DNA of 64,000 bases. Origin: Convolutriloba macropyga. Its lineage: Eukaryota. Positions 61,190 through 64,000 of the stretch are shown here, piece by piece. The stretch is taken from positions 7,440,001-7,504,000 of the forward strand of contig NC_134479.1 in the NCBI RefSeq assembly GCF_964194025.1, in the 5' to 3' direction. A program made the position numbers and the translations under genes. Position 1 is the stretch's first letter. Every line of letters begins with the position of its first letter. Under the pieces are notes generated by a model. That model searched no databases, had not been told where the DNA came from, and saw only the letters and a list, made by a program, of their open reading frames with translations.

Positions 61190-64000
61190 AAGTTCAACTA
61201 ATTGCTGCGTTCAACTACGTAGCTCGCGACAACAGCATAGTAGCTGATCCTCATATAATGACAACAGAAAATGACTGAAATGCGCTATCGAGGGCGATGG
61301 TATGTCCCATTGATTGATGACTTCTGCTATCAGCTAACGACGACATGCGATGTATGGCCTTCTTCAGAGTCCTTGACAGACCGCCCAAAAATTTTATTAC
61401 CAGAGAGACGCACAAAATTCCTTGTTGAGCACAGCTAATTTCGTACTGAATATATTTTCGATCTTCAGCAGCTTCAATGAGTTATTTTAATGGGCGTGAG
61501 TTATTTTCAGCAAAGAGATTACGTTTTTCAATTACTGGGGACAAAAAAAACCGCCAAACAGGTGGAAGCTATAAGATCGCGATTTCTATAATGCCTTGAA
61601 ATTGCATCTCGCCTTCCATGGCAGGCAACTGCATGGTCACCAAATGTGTCCAATGTACTTGACCTGCAATAGGGTCATTTTCTTTCTTGATCATAAACCA
61701 AAAAACTGAGTCTGTACTTGACACTGACTTGAAATGCTATAGCCGAAAGGTGTAGACCTAGAGCGGGATTTGGAGGCGTTGCAAGCCACGCGCCAGAATG
61801 AGGCAGGCATAGTAATTGGAGTCTCGTTTTTTCCTTGATTGACTTTTGACTTCTTATAACGGCAGCAAGTTTATTTTATGTAGTGCTTTGTGGATCTTCT
61901 TGGGGGTGCGAAAGTAGATTGAACGGTTCCAGACTTTGCCGTAACTCTTTAAAGGTGTCATTTTCTGAGGGACGCCTGCCTGTTATTTCGTTCATGTGAG
62001 GCAATAATTGATCCCATAAAGGCTCCTTTGTATTGCTCGTGTGACCGTCTGACGCCTAGTCTTGACAAACCGATAGGTAGGGAGAAATTGTTCCATGAGT
62101 CATCACAAATAATTGTGCCAACAATTTGATCCAACACTTCTCTTTGGCCGTCATCGAAAGTTCTCAATTCTTCGAGCATCTCCTTTGATGGAGTGTTGTT
62201 CGTTATAGAGTATACTAGTTTCGGTGTTCCCAAAAAGTAACGAAGGATACCCAATTCACATTGAGGACTGTTAAGGTGATGTATAATGTCCGGCATAGAT
62301 AAAATGTTTTAAACTCTTTTCAGACAAGAAGTTGCAAATTCTTGAACCAACCACATCTCCAGTAACTTCAAGACCATTTCTCAAATTTCTTTACTGCTTG
62401 ATCAACGAAGGGTAAGCCTTCAATTGGCCACAGCTCACTTTTCTCTTTTCTCATGATTAGACCTCTCTCTGGACCTTCGTTGGCTAGGATTTCAAAGGCT
62501 TGTTTGATCTCCTTCAGACGCAGCAGTAAATCCATCATCTAAGTACCAAGTGTGCTGTAACAAAGTTCAAAATCAAGTCTTGATCTTCTGTTTGATTGGC
62601 CATAACGTCTGTTAGAACAATAACGGTCCCAACTTAGCATACTGCTAAACACCCGATTTATTTGAATGATTGCATCGTTATAAAAGAGTGGCGTGTGTGG
62701 TAATAGCAAATACAGGTGAAAGCCGCAATTCCAGGATTAAATTCACACGTCGCTTTTAAAAAGTGTGAACGGTTGACTGACTTAAAAGCGTTTTTGAAAT
62801 CAATTTGAATCACGCCTTCGTCCAACTGAGCACTAACTATGTTATCTTATGTCATTTTTGACGAATGAATGATTGCCTCAACGCATCTCATAACGCCGAC
62901 TCCCAATTGCAGACAGTCAAACAGCTCAATTGCTTCTGTTTTACCTTCACTGGCCAGGTTTTTTGCTATGAGGCGTCGCAACACTTCACCAACTGCTATC
63001 GGACGAACCGCGCCTTTCTTTTTGGATAGAACCGTGAGTGAAGCGCTACAGAGTGCTTTGGAAATAAAAGCATGAAAGAATCCCTTGCTACAAAAGTTTA
63101 CAATGTTTGTTATAGTTTTCAGAACGAACTCAGACCGATCAGATGCAGTGCTGTCTATTGTGTGCTGAAGATTTTCTGGAAACATTTTAGAGGGATCGGC
63201 TGCAGTGTGCTTGCTGAATGTCTTCAGTTGTTAATAAACTGCGTTTTCACTGAATTGGAACGCATTGGATGCAATTTCGTCAGGTATACTAACGCCGGGT
63301 AACCGTTTTTTCGGGTTTGACTTTTCCAGCGCTTTTAATGTAGCTTTGTTATCAGGTGTGAAATCTTCAGAAGCTAAAGTTTTAGGAGCTCGGCCAAATT
63401 GACCTTGTAAGCACAACTCTGACCGTTATTTTTTCAATGCTCTTCGTTTCTTTTTTGTATTGTCTCATGGAGACAGCTCTGACCAAAGCTTCTCATAGTC
63501 ACCGGCGTTCAAACGGTCAAAACGTTCTGCGAAACGTTGGTTTTGGTTGCTCTTTTGTTTTTGCCTCCTCAGTTACAAGCAGTTAGAAAGCATTTGAAGT
63601 TTTTGCCAATTTGTTTTGTTGCCTGGAGCCTCAACACATTCATGAAGAATGCGCGATAGAAATTGAAGCCATTTTGCTTGGCAGTTGATTGGAACAAAAT
63701 GACAGGTTGGCACGTACGAAACCAATAACGTCAACAACTCAATTTGTTTCTTTCGGACTTTATTGCGAGATCAACTGACTGTAATCACAGGAGACCAATA
63801 GATTGTCTTTTTAATTGGGAGGTCTGTGTTAATTTCCCGACGGCTGCCCAACTGTTTTTGTGATTTGAATGCGCGCAAATCCATTTGGATTTGAACAAAA
63901 CGTTGTGCTCTGACCCTCAACCAAGATATCTTATTTTGGTGTACTGATCACAGTTTTCTAGCACTTGAACTCTGTAGAGCTTATATGCGGTATCTGGCAG
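61190..64000 (-). mobile_element. Decayed CRE-clade non-LTR retrotransposon
   Basis: KKKGAVRPIAVGEVLRRLIAK, QLGVGV, DFKNAF, WYLDDG, FLGTPKLVY, SLPIGLSRLGVR, HSGAWL, GDHAVACHG; colinear with 34860-36720. Confidence 0.9.

Overview
AT-rich eukaryotic (animal, probably invertebrate) genomic DNA, mostly transposon-derived; no prokaryotic genes, rRNA or CRISPR. The one well-supported host gene is the 3' end of a + strand secreted Cys-rich protein (TSP1 tail, VWC-like, C-terminal cystine knot; SCO-spondin/VWF/mucin-like) in five phase-consistent exons (8821-20180). The window also holds decayed LINEs, two Penelope-like remnants (one with an intact-core minimal hammerhead ribozyme), three CRE-clade fragments, a decayed BEL/Pao LTR element and a Merlin-like MITE family. 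The most striking structure is a large set of non-autonomous Helentron-type elements (HINE/DINE-1 architecture) of several end-families. All are co-oriented, nested up to three deep, and include a head-to-tail dimer, an internal ~165-bp satellite and a captured tRNA-like gene. Most carry a conserved antisense module (TGACCTT motif, Inr-like TCATTT, ~14-nt mini-exon, GAG|GTAAGT donor), the best candidate for an undescribed function. All calls were made by eye.
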